A DNA stretch of 64,000 nt, taken from assembly GCA_023230525.1 (NCBI GenBank), contig JALNXE010000005.1:7079-71078 (forward strand). The letters are read 5' to 3'. The notes under the pieces are model-generated. The model searched no databases. It was not told the origin of the DNA and saw only the letters and a program-made list of their open reading frames with translations. Numbering within the stretch: the first letter of the stretch is position 1; every line of letters starts with the position of its first letter. The position numbers and the translations under genes were made by a program. Source of the stretch: Desulfobulbaceae bacterium (GTDB lineage Bacteria > Desulfobacterota > Desulfobulbia > Desulfobulbales > SURF-16). Shown here in pieces: positions 34,934-45,509 of the stretch.

Positions 34934-35393
34934 GATCTCCCATTTTCTTATTAAAAAGCGCCCGCAGTTTCTCCACCCTTTTGCGGTTGGCCCCCAAATC
35001 CGAATAACCCAGCCGCGACGCCGAGCGCACCTGGATCAGGTTTTCAGCGGCCACCATCCTGAATTCCACGTCATCGACAAAGCGGAACACCTGGGAGGTG
35101 AAGGTGGCCCACAGATACTGATCCTCTTCCTGCCTGATTTCTCCCCCGGCCTGCCGGACGGCCTCTTTCAGGCATTGCCAGGCCGCAGCAGGCGGGCCTT
35201 GGAAGGTTAGGGGCGCAATCTGCGCCGGGGCCTTCTCCTCTTGGCTGGAAACGCAGTTGGGCTTGTCGGGACAGGGCCGCAGTCTGCCGTCAGCCGGCTG
35301 CGCCTCCGGCGGCTTGCCGGTGCAGGACACCAGCATGAACAGCAGACAGGGCAGCATGAGCAGATCAAGCAGATGGGGCAACAGAATTTTCAT
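34917..35393 (-). CDS. DUF1499 family lipoprotein
   Basis: MKILLPHLLDLLMLPCLLFMLVSCTG (lipobox), then RPCPDKPNCVSSQ...FVDDVEF...VRSASRLGYSDLGANRKRVE, typical of DUF1499. The start is placed at the internal Met. Confidence 0.65.
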   Translation of the reverse strand: MKILLPHLLDLLMLPCLLFMLVSCTGKPPEAQPADGRLRPCPDKPNCVSSQEEKAPAQIAPLTFQGPPAAAWQCLKEAVRQAGGEIRQEEDQYLWATFTSQVFRFVDDVEFRMVAAENLIQVRSASRLGYSDLGANRKRVEKLRALFNKKMGDHDGRI

Positions 35394-35468
35394 GATATCT
35401 CTCCTCTGGTCAGCAGGCCCGCCCTTGGCAACGGCGGCCCCTTCCTTCTCACTTCTCACTGGCTTTAA

Positions 35469-36146
35469 TTACTCCACCCGGCTGCCAAGCCAGATGGTGT
35501 GCCGCTCGCCTTCAGCCACCCCATGCAGTTTGATCAGCACCTCTTCCACCAGAAAGCCCGCCTTGTGCAATCGCTGGGTAAAGGCCGGATCGGGCCCGGC
35601 CGACCAGACGGCCAGCAGGCCTCCGGACCGCAAGGCGGCAAAGGCCACACTCAATCCGTCCAGACTGTAAAGCCAGTTGTTTTCCTGGCGGGTCAGCCCC
35701 TCGGGGCCATTGTCAACGTCCAGCAGGATGGCGTCAAAGCCGCTCTTGTCCGCCCGCATCACCTTGCGCACATCCACCTCCCGCACCGTAACCCGGCGGT
35801 CATCCAACGGATGACCGGCAAGCCCCCCCAGAGGCCCCCGGTTCCAGGCCACCACCGCCGGCACCAGTTCAGCCACCACCACCCTGGCCTCAGGCCCGAG
35901 AACCTGCAGGGCGGCGGCCAGGGTATAACCCATCCCCAGCCCGCCGAGCAACACCCGGGGCTGAGGCCGGGCACGGACCCGGCTGCAGGCCAGTTCGGCC
36001 AGGGCATCCTCCGAACCATGGACCTGGCTGTTCATCAGTTCATCCTCGTCCACCCGGATGGAAAACTCCCCGTCGCGCCGGTAAAGCCGCATCTCGCCAC
36101 CGTTGCCCGGCACCCGGGCGCTGTCCTCTAACGTCCAGGAATGCAC
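35469..36146 (-). CDS. Spermidine synthase-like methyltransferase-fold protein
   Basis: Contains LRVDEDELMNS-type ...IRVDEDELMNSQVHGSE... and VLLGGLGMGYTLAAAL...VVVAELVPAVV...DAILLDVDNGP. Confidence 0.7.
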   Translation of the reverse strand: MHSWTLEDSARVPGNGGEMRLYRRDGEFSIRVDEDELMNSQVHGSEDALAELACSRVRARPQPRVLLGGLGMGYTLAAALQVLGPEARVVVAELVPAVVAWNRGPLGGLAGHPLDDRRVTVREVDVRKVMRADKSGFDAILLDVDNGPEGLTRQENNWLYSLDGLSVAFAALRSGGLLAVWSAGPDPAFTQRLHKAGFLVEEVLIKLHGVAEGERHTIWLGSRVE

Positions 36147-36218
36147 GGGCGGCTTACCGTGAGCACAGGGAGAAAGGCCTCCCGCCCGGTGTCATGTCTG
36201 TTGTTCATTTAAGGGCCA

Positions 36219-37673
36219 TCAGTCGAAATTGAGGTTAAAAAATTTCACATCAAGATATTCGAAGATGCCCAGCGAACCGCCTTCGCGGCCGTAGCCCGAG
36301 TATTTCACCCCGCCGAACGGCATTTCCGCCAGGCTGCCCGACCAGCCGTTCACCGTGACAATGCCGGCCTGCAGGGCGGACACGGTCTGGTGGGCCAGCT
36401 GCAGGGAATTGGTGAAAACATAACTCGCCAGCCCGTAATCCACGGCATTGGCCCGTTCCACCACCTCTTCCAGGGTGGCAAAGCCGGTAATCAGCGCCAG
36501 CGGGCCGAAGGGTTCATGCTGCATGACGGACATGTCATCCCGGACGTTGGTGATGATGGTCGGCTCAAAAAAATATCCTTTGTTGAGCCCGGCCGGCCGC
36601 TTGCCCCCGAAAACCACGGTGCCGCCCTCCTCGACTGTTTTCTCCACCATCTGCTCCATGGCCTGCAAACGCCGGCGGTTGATCAACGGCCCGATGTCCA
36701 CCGCCGGGTCCATGCCGTTGCCGATCTTCAGCCTGGCGGTGGCCTCAACCAGGGCCTTGGTGAACCGCTCCCCATGGGCGTGGTGCACAAAAAAACGGGT
36801 CGGCGACACGCAGACCTGGCCGTTATTGCGGAACTTGGCCACCACCGCCCCGGCAGCCACCTTCTCGGGATCAGCATCGGCATGGACAATGACCGGGGCG
36901 TGGCCACCCAGTTCCATGGTCACCTTTTTCACCGAGTCGGCCGCCCGGCGGATAAGCTGCTGGCCCACCGCCACGGAGCCGGTAAAGCTGATTTTCCTGA
37001 CCACCGGGCTGGCCAGGATGGTGTCGGAAATTTCCTCCGGCCGGCCGGTGAGCAGATTGATGACCCCGGCAGGCAGCCCGGCATCGCTAAAACACCTGAC
37101 CAATTCCGCGGCACAGGCCGAACCCTCCTCAGCCGGCCGGCAGATAATCGAGCAGCCGGCAGCCAGGGCGGCGGCAATTTTACGGGACGGCAGGACAATG
37201 GGAAAATTAAAGGCCGTAAAGCCTGCGGCAACGCCCACGGGTTCATAGAGGGTATGCAGCCTGTTATGCATGCTTCGGCCGGCCAGCACCTCGCCGGAGA
37301 TCCGGCGGGCCTCATCAGCAAACCAGTCAATGATCTCCACCGCGCTTCTTACCTCGCCCAATGACTGGGTAATGGGCTTGCCGCAATCGAGCACCACCCG
37401 CCTGGCGATATCCGTTGCTCTCTCAGCCAGCAGGCGGGCCGCCTTTCTCAGCACCGCCGAGCGCTCCCAGGGCGCCACCTGGCGCCAGATTGCCAGGCCC
37501 TGCCGGGCCGCGGCAATGGCCATCTCCGTATCCGCCCGGCCGGCCTGGCTGGCGGTGGCCACCACCTCTTCCGTAGCCGGATTAACAATCTCGATTTTCC
37601 CCCCGGATATGGCCCCTTGCCATTGGCCGTTAATGAAAAGATCAACATGCAATATATTAGTCATTTTCCTCAA
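36219..37673 (-). CDS. NAD(P)-dependent aldehyde dehydrogenase (succinate-semialdehyde dehydrogenase-like)
   Basis: 484 aa with FTGSVAVG, MELGGHAP (catalytic Glu), FRNNGQVCVSPTR (catalytic Cys) and EPFGP. Confidence 0.9.
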   Translation of the reverse strand: MRKMTNILHVDLFINGQWQGAISGGKIEIVNPATEEVVATASQAGRADTEMAIAAARQGLAIWRQVAPWERSAVLRKAARLLAERATDIARRVVLDCGKPITQSLGEVRSAVEIIDWFADEARRISGEVLAGRSMHNRLHTLYEPVGVAAGFTAFNFPIVLPSRKIAAALAAGCSIICRPAEEGSACAAELVRCFSDAGLPAGVINLLTGRPEEISDTILASPVVRKISFTGSVAVGQQLIRRAADSVKKVTMELGGHAPVIVHADADPEKVAAGAVVAKFRNNGQVCVSPTRFFVHHAHGERFTKALVEATARLKIGNGMDPAVDIGPLINRRRLQAMEQMVEKTVEEGGTVVFGGKRPAGLNKGYFFEPTIITNVRDDMSVMQHEPFGPLALITGFATLEEVVERANAVDYGLASYVFTNSLQLAHQTVSALQAGIVTVNGWSGSLAEMPFGGVKYSGYGREGGSLGIFEYLDVKFFNLNFD

Positions 37674-38152
37674 ACCTTCCTCTTTATTACCTCACCAGGC
37701 CAACCATTATCCGGCAAGGCGGGATTCCCCGGATCACCTGCCGCAGCGAGGTGCCTGACCGTACTTGCCGGAACTTATCCGGATCGCTGTGAAAATCTTT
37801 ATCCCCGGCAAAGGCCACCTGCCGGATATGACCGCGTTGGATAATAGGACGTGGGAATCTTACAGGAGTGACCGAACTCGTCAAGGCATGGGCAAATTAT
37901 TTAACATGGGGTGAGAAGACTGTCAAAAATTACGTTCCCCTTTTCTCCGGTTTTTCTTCAGCCATTCTCTTAAGGCTGGCGCGGCAGCCGGTAAGGAGCG
38001 GCAAAAAAGACCGGCATAAGGGATAGCAGCCAAATGGTTAAGTATGCAGCGGACAAAAGGTTCTCCGGGATTGAGGCGGCATGAATATGCAGAGTTCGGC
38101 CCGGAGGCCGGCAGACAGACCGCTCGGCTGCCCGGAAGTCCGGATGCAATTT

Positions 38153-41100
38153 TTACATCTTTTGCCTGGTCAGGATTTCATGAATTTTCTGGGACAGATC
38201 CTTCATATTGTAAGGTTTCTGAATAAAACCGCTGCAGCCCTGCTTCAGCATGGAGGAAGCCTGGCCATTAATGCTGTAACCGCTTGACAGCAGAACCCGC
38301 ACCTCGGGATTGATTTTTTTTAATCCGGCAAAGGTATCGCCACCGCTCAGGCCGGGCATGACCAGATCCAGCAGGACAATATCAATCCTGTCCCGGTTGC
38401 TGGTGTAAACAGCCAGCGCCTCTTTACCGCTGCGGGCGGTCAGCACCCCATAGCCCAGGCTCTTGATGATCTCCGTGCCGACGTCGATGATCAACTGCTC
38501 ATCATCCACCAGCAGAACGGTCCCTTCGCCGTGCAACACCTCGTTTGACAGCTTCTTTTCTGCAATGACATCTTTTCCCGAGGCGGGCAGATAGATGTTG
38601 AAGGTGGCGCCGTGTCCTTTGACGCTGTAAACATTGATAATGCCGCCATGATTCTTGATGATGCCATATACCGAGGCCAGGCCCAAGCCTGTTCCTCTCC
38701 CCATCTCCTTGGTGGTGAAGAACGGATCAAAGATCTTCTGCTGAATGGCTTCATCGATGCCCACTCCGGTATCGGTCACCGAGATCTTGACATACTGCCC
38801 GGGCTTCACTCTATATGGGCGCAGGTAATCTTCATCCAAGACGGCATTTTCCGTCTGCACAAAAAGATCGCCGCCATTGGGCATGGCCTGCCAGGCGTTG
38901 ATGTAGAGATTCAGCATCACCTGCTCTATCTGCCCCTGATCGGCTTCCACGGTCCAGAGATCCTCCGCATATTTTTCATGAATGGTGATCTCTTTCTTGG
39001 TACGGCCGAACAGATGATTCTGCACCTTGATAAGTTCATTTAAATTGACCGGTTTGACCTCATATTTCCCGCCCCGGCCAAAACCGAGAAGCTGCTTGGT
39101 CAGTTCCGCGGCCCGCCAGACAATGCTTTCTATCTCCTTCAAATGAGGAAAATGAGGATGCGAAGAGTCGATATCCATCAGCATCAGGGCATTTCTGCCC
39201 TGCAGGCCCATCAGCAGATTATTAAAGTCATGGGCCACCCCTCCAGCCAGGGTGCCGATGGACTCCATTTTCTGCGCCTGATAAAACTGCACCTCGAAGC
39301 GCTTCTGCTCGGTCATATCCCGGATAACCGTAATCACCCTGACCACCCTGCCCTCTTCCATCAGGGGTATCTTGCGGGCTTCGGTGACAAATTCCCGGTC
39401 GCCGATTCTGGTGGTTTCCTGGGTGACCAGCACCTGTTTATTGGCAAAAACCCAGCGGTATTCATCAACAACCTTTGCCGGCAAAAAGGGAAAAATTTCC
39501 AGGGGAGTACGGCCGATAACTTCCTCCTCCAGCCCCAACTCCCTGTTAATCCGCCTAAAAACGGCGTTGAACAGCACAATTTTCAAATCCTGATCCACCA
39601 CATGGATCCAGTCTCCCATGGCGTCCAGGATTTCCCGGTAATTTTTCTCGCTCTCCCGCAGCTTATCCTCCGCCCGTTTGAGCTCGGTGATGTCGCGAAA
39701 CATCCCCTGCAGATACTTTTTGCCGCCGATATTTATCAGGCTGGCCTTGATGGCTACGATTCTTATGGCCCCGCTGCTCGTGATAATCTCCTCTTCCAGA
39801 ATGCTTCCCTCACCATCCTTGATATGGGCTTGGAATGTGTGAGAAAAAGTATCCGTAACGCGACCAGGCGGGTGCAGGATTGTCTGGTGTCGGCCGATTA
39901 GTTCCGATTTATCCATGCCGACCAGCCTGGCGGCCTCCTGGTTGCAGTCAACAATGATGCCGGTTTCCGCCTCAGCGAGAAATATGCCGTCCCGGGCCTG
40001 CTCAAAGAGTTTACGGTAGCGCTCCGCACTCGCCCGGAGTTCCAGTTCGGCCATCTTGCGGTGCGTGATATCGCGCAGCAGCTCCACCACCATCTTCGGA
40101 TTGCCATGTTCATCGCGGGCGGCAACATTGGCGATACACCAGAAATTCGTCTGCCTGCCGTTGATGGCCATATCCGTTTCAAATTCGTGGATCCTGCCGT
40201 CTTCGAAACATTTCTGGACAATGCAGGACGCACACACCTCGCTGCGGCCCTGATAAACGGCAAAGCACTTCCTGCCGAGGATATCCGCCCCGAAAACCGA
40301 CTCGGAATTCTCGTTGACCCAGATAATGTTGAACTGTTGATCCACCATACACATGTAATCCGGCACCGACTCAATGACGCCGGACAGTTTCTGCTCACTC
40401 TCCCTCAGCGCCTCTGCTCCGCTGGCGATCTCCTGCAGATACCTTGCTTCGATTTCAAGCTTCGCCTGCCGTTTCTGGCTCCGGAACAGCATGATGCCGC
40501 CGGTTCCCAGAAAGAGCACCAGCAACCCCGCCAGCATGATGGTATTTCTCGCATGCCGGTTGATCGGTCCGGCAATTTCCGCATAGGGCAGGGTCAATAC
40601 CAGATGCCAGTGCTCCCGGCCAATGGAAATGCGCCAGAAGGCGACCAGATCAGGCTGATCCGTGAGACAGTTGGTATAGATCCCGGCACCCTGTGGTTCC
40701 GTGGCCACCCGGTTGAGATAATCATGCTCCGCTTTGATATGCTCTTTTGTCCTGTTTTCGTTGAACTTTTCCCCTCTTTCCGTATGCATTCTTCTGATGA
40801 CATCCAACACCCTGAGGCCGATGAACTCTTTTCGGGGATAGGCAAGAACCGTATGCTGGCCATCAAACATCCAGGCAAAGCCGTTGTGGCCGACCTTGAT
40901 CGGGGTGATAAAACGTCTGGCCAGGGTTTCAACCTCGATCACCCACCTGAGGATACCGATAAACTCCTCATGCGCAAATATCGGCTCTGATCCGGATATG
41001 GCGAGATTGCCCCGTTCGTTGACAAACGTTGCACTGATGTGCCCTCTCTGCTCATTGATCACATAGGCAATATCCCGCTTCGCGGCATCATTGCTGCCCT

Positions 41101-41497
41101 CGCCATCCCCCCTGGCAGGAGAAGTATGCAGGAGAAGCCCTTTGGCATCAAAGACAGCGAGGCTATAAATCTCACTTTTGTGAATTTGATAAAGATTTTC
41201 GATGGGACAATATCCGCTTTCAGGCATCCGGCCAGTGCCCGCCGCAGTAATAATTCTTTGCCGTAAATTCGAATCATCGGCAAAGGCTTTGAAGATTGCA
41301 AGGTGCTCGGCAATATATTCTTCCATACCCCTGGCCGTGGCCTCATTGGTGGCCTGCAACTGCTGCTCTATCTGGGAAACAACGGTTTTTTTGAAATGAG
41401 CATGGGACAGGTAGGACACATAGATAATGGCAATGATCACCGATGTACTGGCGATGATACTTGCCGTGGTCCTGGTAAAGAGTTTTTTAACTGTCAT
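38153..41497 (-). CDS. Hybrid sensor histidine kinase (periplasmic Cache-like domain, three PAS domains, HisKA-HATPase, receiver)
   Basis: 1114 aa. It has an N-terminal TM segment, a large extracytoplasmic region, a second TM segment, three PAS-like repeats, the H-box [11 protein letters not shown], the G-boxes DTGVGI and GTGLGLA, and a C-terminal receiver domain (VLLVDDE...[14 protein letters not shown]...SGY). Confidence 0.9.
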   Translation of the reverse strand: MTVKKLFTRTTASIIASTSVIIAIIYVSYLSHAHFKKTVVSQIEQQLQATNEATARGMEEYIAEHLAIFKAFADDSNLRQRIITAAGTGRMPESGYCPIENLYQIHKSEIYSLAVFDAKGLLLHTSPARGDGEGSNDAAKRDIAYVINEQRGHISATFVNERGNLAISGSEPIFAHEEFIGILRWVIEVETLARRFITPIKVGHNGFAWMFDGQHTVLAYPRKEFIGLRVLDVIRRMHTERGEKFNENRTKEHIKAEHDYLNRVATEPQGAGIYTNCLTDQPDLVAFWRISIGREHWHLVLTLPYAEIAGPINRHARNTIMLAGLLVLFLGTGGIMLFRSQKRQAKLEIEARYLQEIASGAEALRESEQKLSGVIESVPDYMCMVDQQFNIIWVNENSESVFGADILGRKCFAVYQGRSEVCASCIVQKCFEDGRIHEFETDMAINGRQTNFWCIANVAARDEHGNPKMVVELLRDITHRKMAELELRASAERYRKLFEQARDGIFLAEAETGIIVDCNQEAARLVGMDKSELIGRHQTILHPPGRVTDTFSHTFQAHIKDGEGSILEEEIITSSGAIRIVAIKASLINIGGKKYLQGMFRDITELKRAEDKLRESEKNYREILDAMGDWIHVVDQDLKIVLFNAVFRRINRELGLEEEVIGRTPLEIFPFLPAKVVDEYRWVFANKQVLVTQETTRIGDREFVTEARKIPLMEEGRVVRVITVIRDMTEQKRFEVQFYQAQKMESIGTLAGGVAHDFNNLLMGLQGRNALMLMDIDSSHPHFPHLKEIESIVWRAAELTKQLLGFGRGGKYEVKPVNLNELIKVQNHLFGRTKKEITIHEKYAEDLWTVEADQGQIEQVMLNLYINAWQAMPNGGDLFVQTENAVLDEDYLRPYRVKPGQYVKISVTDTGVGIDEAIQQKIFDPFFTTKEMGRGTGLGLASVYGIIKNHGGIINVYSVKGHGATFNIYLPASGKDVIAEKKLSNEVLHGEGTVLLVDDEQLIIDVGTEIIKSLGYGVLTARSGKEALAVYTSNRDRIDIVLLDLVMPGLSGGDTFAGLKKINPEVRVLLSSGYSINGQASSMLKQGCSGFIQKPYNMKDLSQKIHEILTRQKM

Positions 41498-41518
41498 ATG
41501 GTTAGCATGTAAATGATC

Positions 41519-41575
41519 AGGAGCCCTTACGAAATAACGGGTACAGGTCGTACTGTTCCTTTACGGCTTCTTCTG
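41519..41575. repeat. Degenerate trace of the hairpin repeat family
   Basis: AGGAGCCCTTACGAAATAAC...CCTTTACGGCTTCT resembles the arm consensus AGGAGCCGTAACGAAAT / ATTTCGTAACGGCTCCT but has many mismatches. Confidence 0.3.
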
Positions 41576-41833
41576 CCGTTTTGGTTTGCAAAATCAACGG
41601 CTCCGCACCGGCCAAAAAAATGAATCTGTGCCACGGAGACAGTGCCTGAAGGGAAAAAACGCGAAACCCCCTGATAGTAATCGGGTCTTGTTTGGGGAAA
41701 GTCCGGGGCCGACGGCTGAACAAGGTGGCCGATCGGCGAGGGGATCAAGCGAAGCCCCACGGCAAAACCCTCAGCACAGAAGGGCCAAAATGGAACAGGA
41801 GCAATATCCTGTGATCCCAGACTGGAATGAAAA

Positions 41834-41859
41834 AATATCATTTTCAATAAAATGATATT
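41834..41859. promoter_or_regulatory. Perfect 11-bp AT-rich palindrome in the divergent kinase/lgt intergenic region
   Basis: AATATCATTTT-CAAT-AAAATGATATT, about 125 nt upstream of lgt. Candidate operator, or a weak hairpin. Pattern only. Confidence 0.3.
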
Positions 41860-41986
41860 CATTTAAGGAAAAAATGAAAAGAAATTTAAGGAGGGAAGAA
41901 ATTTTTTCAATATCAACAGCCAGTCATCTCAGCCCCCATTGCATGCAATCACTTGACAAGCAAAATTTCTCAGGTTTAATGGCCGT

Positions 41987-42781
41987 ATGCTTTCTTTTCC
42001 AGAAATAGATCCTGTTCTCATCAAACTGGGGCCGCTGCAGGTGCGCTGGTATGGCCTGATGTATGTTCTCGGTTTCTTAAGCTCCTACTTTCTCGTCCGC
42101 CATCAGATCAGCAAATTCCGGCTCAAGAAACTGGCGGTTGAATTTGAAAACCTCAACTTCGCGCTCATCATCAGCCTGGTGCTGGGCGGCAGATTGGGCT
42201 ATGTGTTTTTTTATAATTTCTCCTATTACCTGGAGCATCCGCTGGAGATCTTCGCCACCTGGCATGGGGGCATGTCCTTTCATGGCGCGGTCATCGGCCT
42301 GGTGCTGGCCGGCTGGCTCTACTGCCGCAAAAAAGGACTGAACTTTCTGGAAACAGCGGACATCTATGTAGTAACGACCCCGGTTGGGTTAGGCCTGGGC
42401 CGGCTCGGCAACTTTATCAATGCCGAACTTTTCGGCCGGGTAAGCGACGTACCCTGGGCCATGGTTTTTCCGGGGGCAGGGCCTCTTGCCCGTCATCCTT
42501 CCCAGCTGTATGAGGCCCTGCTGGAGGGGGTAGTGCTGTTTGCCATTCTCTGGCGGCTGAAAACCGCGAAATACCGCCGCGGCTGGGCCCACGGCACGAT
42601 GCTTGCCGCCTTTCTCATGCTCTACGGCTTTTTCCGTATCTTCAGCGAATTCTTCCGCCAGCCGGATGCCCAGATCGGCTTTCTGGCAGGCTTTATCACC
42701 CGGGGGCAGCTTTTAAGCGCTGTAATGATTTGTGCTGGATTAATTCTCTATTTTAACGTAAAAAACGATTCTAACGTGTAA
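41987..42781 (+). CDS. lgt: Prolipoprotein diacylglyceryl transferase
   Basis: Contains VRWYGLMYVLGF, GGRLGYVFFY, the Lgt signature GRLGNFINAELFGR, and HPSQLYEALLEG. Confidence 0.95.
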   Translation: MLSFPEIDPVLIKLGPLQVRWYGLMYVLGFLSSYFLVRHQISKFRLKKLAVEFENLNFALIISLVLGGRLGYVFFYNFSYYLEHPLEIFATWHGGMSFHGAVIGLVLAGWLYCRKKGLNFLETADIYVVTTPVGLGLGRLGNFINAELFGRVSDVPWAMVFPGAGPLARHPSQLYEALLEGVVLFAILWRLKTAKYRRGWAHGTMLAAFLMLYGFFRIFSEFFRQPDAQIGFLAGFITRGQLLSAVMICAGLILYFNVKNDSNV

Positions 42782-45459
42782 TGTGGACCGCTCCCATGAA
42801 ATCACGGCCATTTTTCTTACTGATTTTACTCCTAACAGCCATCACTATGACAACACAGACAACCGGCGCCAAAGAACTTTCCTCCCATCTTTACAAGGAA
42901 ACCCTCTCCAATAAACTGGCGGTCCTGGTCAAGGAGACCCCCGGGACCAAGGTCGCCACCGTACAGATATGGGTGAAGGCCGGCAGCATTTACGAAGACG
43001 AGAACGAAGCAGGCATCACCCACCTGATCGAACATATGATCTTCAAGGGCACCCCCACCAGGGGGCTGGGCAGGATCGCCGGCGACATCGAGGAGGTCGG
43101 AGGCCGCATCAATGCCTATACCTCCTATGAATACACGGTGTACCACGCCACCCTCTCCGCCCGCTTCTGGGAAAGAGGCCTTGATGTGCTCAACGACGCC
43201 CTGCGCCACTCCATATTTGATCCCGACGAGCTGGAGCGGGAGAAAAAGGTGATTCTGGAAGAGATCCGCATGCGTAACGACCGGCCGGAAACCAAGCTCT
43301 TCGAGCAGCTGATGACCACGGCCTACACGGTCCATCCTTACCGGCTGCCGGTCATCGGCACGGTGGAGAGCGTCACGGGCTTTACCCGGGACGACATCCT
43401 CAACTACATGAAGGACCACTACCATGCCGAGAACTTCACCGTGGTGGTGGTGGGCGACGTGCGTTACGGCGATGTCTTGCGGGCGGTAAATAATCTCATG
43501 GGGGACATTGCCCAGGGCGATCATGTTCAGCCCCCCCTGCCCCAGGAACCGGACCAGGATGCGCCCCGCTTTTTCCAGCAGAAGGACGACATCAACCAGA
43601 CCCATCTGGCCCTGGCCTTTGCCATTACCCCCTTTGTCCATCCCGACACCCCGGTGCTCGATGTCATTGCCGCCATTCTCGGCCAGGGAGATGCCTCCCG
43701 CCTGTTCAATGAGCTGCGCAACGAGAAGCGGCTGGTCTACCGGGTCAGCGCCGCAGCCTTTACCCCCAAGGACAAAGGGCTGATGGAGGCTACCGCCACC
43801 CTGGATGCCGCCAAACTTCCAGAAGCCCTGGAGGCGATGCTGGAAGAGTTTTTCCGGCTCAAATACCTGCGGGTCAGCGAGGAAGAGATCAACCGGGTGA
43901 AACGCAACCTGGAAAGCGACTTTGTCTTCAATCTGGAACGGGCGGAAGGACAGGCCCGTACCCTGGGGTCTTTTGAGTTTCTCACCGGTGATCCGCGGGA
44001 AGACGAATACCTGACCAAGGTTCGCACGGTAAGCGCCGACGACGTCATGCGCGTGGCCCAGAAATATTTTACCACCCGCAACATCTCCGTCGGCTGCCTG
44101 CTGCCGCTGGATAGCCCGGTCGACATCAACAGCGGGATGTTTGCCCAAATCATCGCCAAGGCGGAAGAGGCGGCCAAAAACAGTGTGCCCCCCTCTTTGC
44201 TGAGCAACTCCTACCTCAATGATGTGCACCGGTTTCAGCTGGCAAACGGCATCACCCTGCTGGTGCGGGAGGACCACAGCATCCCCACCGTTTCCATGCG
44301 GGCTCTCTTTCCCGGCGGCCTGCGCAGTGAAACGGAAGCCACCAACGGCGCCTTTGCCTTTATCACCGAGCTGCTGCCCACCGCCACCGAGAAACTGTCC
44401 TCCCGGGAGCTCACCCTGGAGATTGCCGAAATGGCCGGCTCCATCTCCGGCTTCAACGGTAAAAACACCTTCGGCCTCAAGGCGGATTTTCTGGCCCGTT
44501 TTTTTGATGATGGGCTCAGGCTCTTCCGGGACATTATCATCACCCCGGCCTTTGATGAGGCGGAGGCGGAAAAAATCAGACCGGAACTCCTGGCCCTGCT
44601 CAAGCAGCAGGATGATTCGCTGCCCTCGCTGAGCTTCAAAGAATTTAACCGCCTGCTCTTCCAGGGACACCCATACGCCCTGAATAACTCGGGTTCGGAA
44701 GCGGCCATCAAAAACTTCACCACCGGCGATCTGAAAAAAATTTACCAGGATCACGCCGTTCCGGAAAAGATGGTGCTGGCTGTTGCCGGTGATGTCAAGG
44801 CTGGCGAGGTGCAGAAGCTGGTGGAAAAATACTTCGGCACCTGGGCCAACCCGGCAACAAACAACGATACGGTACGGGAAAGTTTCCTGCCCCCGCCTCC
44901 CCCGGCCCACCCGCAATTCTTCTCGGTGGAACGGGACAAGGAACAGGTGCATATTGTCATCGGTTTTCTCGCCGTACCGCTCTCCAGCGCAGACAGATAT
45001 CCCCTGGAAATCATCGAAACCGTCTTAAGCGGCCAGAGCGGCAGGCTCTTCAACGAGCTGCGCGACAAGCAGAGCCTGGCCTACAGCCTTTCCGCCTTCA
45101 GCCTGTTCGGGCTTGAGACCGGCTCATTCGGCATTTATATCGGCACCAGCCCGGACAAAAGAGATGAAGTGATCAAGGCGCTGTGGAAGGAGCTTTATCT
45201 GATCCAGGAGGAAACGGTAAGTGACGAGGAGCTGACCAAGGCCAAAAACCTGCTGATCAGCCAGTATGAACTGGGGCTGCAGACCCATGGCGCCCAGGCC
45301 ATGGAAATGGGCTTGAACGAGACGTACGGCCTGGGGCAGGATTACGGCAACCGCTATGTTGCCGAGATTGATAAAATTGACGGACAAAGGGTGCTTGAGG
45401 TTGCCCGCCGCTACATCCAGCCCGACCATTATGTCATGGTCACCGTCGGGGCGAAATGA
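42781..45459 (+). CDS. Tandem M16 (pitrilysin/insulinase) family peptidase
   Basis: 892 aa with a signal peptide, the HLIEHMIFKGT (HxxEH) zinc site in the first half, and a second inactive-type M16 module. There is a 1-nt overlap (TAATG) with lgt. Confidence 0.85.
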   Translation: MWTAPMKSRPFFLLILLLTAITMTTQTTGAKELSSHLYKETLSNKLAVLVKETPGTKVATVQIWVKAGSIYEDENEAGITHLIEHMIFKGTPTRGLGRIAGDIEEVGGRINAYTSYEYTVYHATLSARFWERGLDVLNDALRHSIFDPDELEREKKVILEEIRMRNDRPETKLFEQLMTTAYTVHPYRLPVIGTVESVTGFTRDDILNYMKDHYHAENFTVVVVGDVRYGDVLRAVNNLMGDIAQGDHVQPPLPQEPDQDAPRFFQQKDDINQTHLALAFAITPFVHPDTPVLDVIAAILGQGDASRLFNELRNEKRLVYRVSAAAFTPKDKGLMEATATLDAAKLPEALEAMLEEFFRLKYLRVSEEEINRVKRNLESDFVFNLERAEGQARTLGSFEFLTGDPREDEYLTKVRTVSADDVMRVAQKYFTTRNISVGCLLPLDSPVDINSGMFAQIIAKAEEAAKNSVPPSLLSNSYLNDVHRFQLANGITLLVREDHSIPTVSMRALFPGGLRSETEATNGAFAFITELLPTATEKLSSRELTLEIAEMAGSISGFNGKNTFGLKADFLARFFDDGLRLFRDIIITPAFDEAEAEKIRPELLALLKQQDDSLPSLSFKEFNRLLFQGHPYALNNSGSEAAIKNFTTGDLKKIYQDHAVPEKMVLAVAGDVKAGEVQKLVEKYFGTWANPATNNDTVRESFLPPPPPAHPQFFSVERDKEQVHIVIGFLAVPLSSADRYPLEIIETVLSGQSGRLFNELRDKQSLAYSLSAFSLFGLETGSFGIYIGTSPDKRDEVIKALWKELYLIQEETVSDEELTKAKNLLISQYELGLQTHGAQAMEMGLNETYGLGQDYGNRYVAEIDKIDGQRVLEVARRYIQPDHYVMVTVGAK

Positions 45460-45509
45460 TAACGTTCCAACGCTTAAACGTTTGAACGCTTGAACAAGGA
45501 TTTATTGCC

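Noticed and set aside
37743-37755. The minus strand reads GGCACCTCGCTGC, a sigma54 -24/-12-like element upstream of the aldehyde dehydrogenase. A similar TGGCGTAAACATGATT lies upstream of glnA at about 11291-11306.
   Set aside because: In the first, GG and GC are separated by 9 nt instead of the invariant 10. In the second the -12 GC is missing. Neither meets the core consensus.
41694-41708. GGGGAAAGTCCGGGG resembles the 5' strand of helix P4 of bacterial RNase P RNA (GGAAAGUCCGGGCU).
   Set aside because: The obligatory partner and conserved regions are missing on this strand: the ACAGAAnCCGGCUUA 3' strand of P4 and the AGGGUGAAA..GGUAAGAGC block. Only about 130 nt remain before an AT-rich non-structured block, and the flanks do not form P1-P3. 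Only scattered word-level similarities remain.
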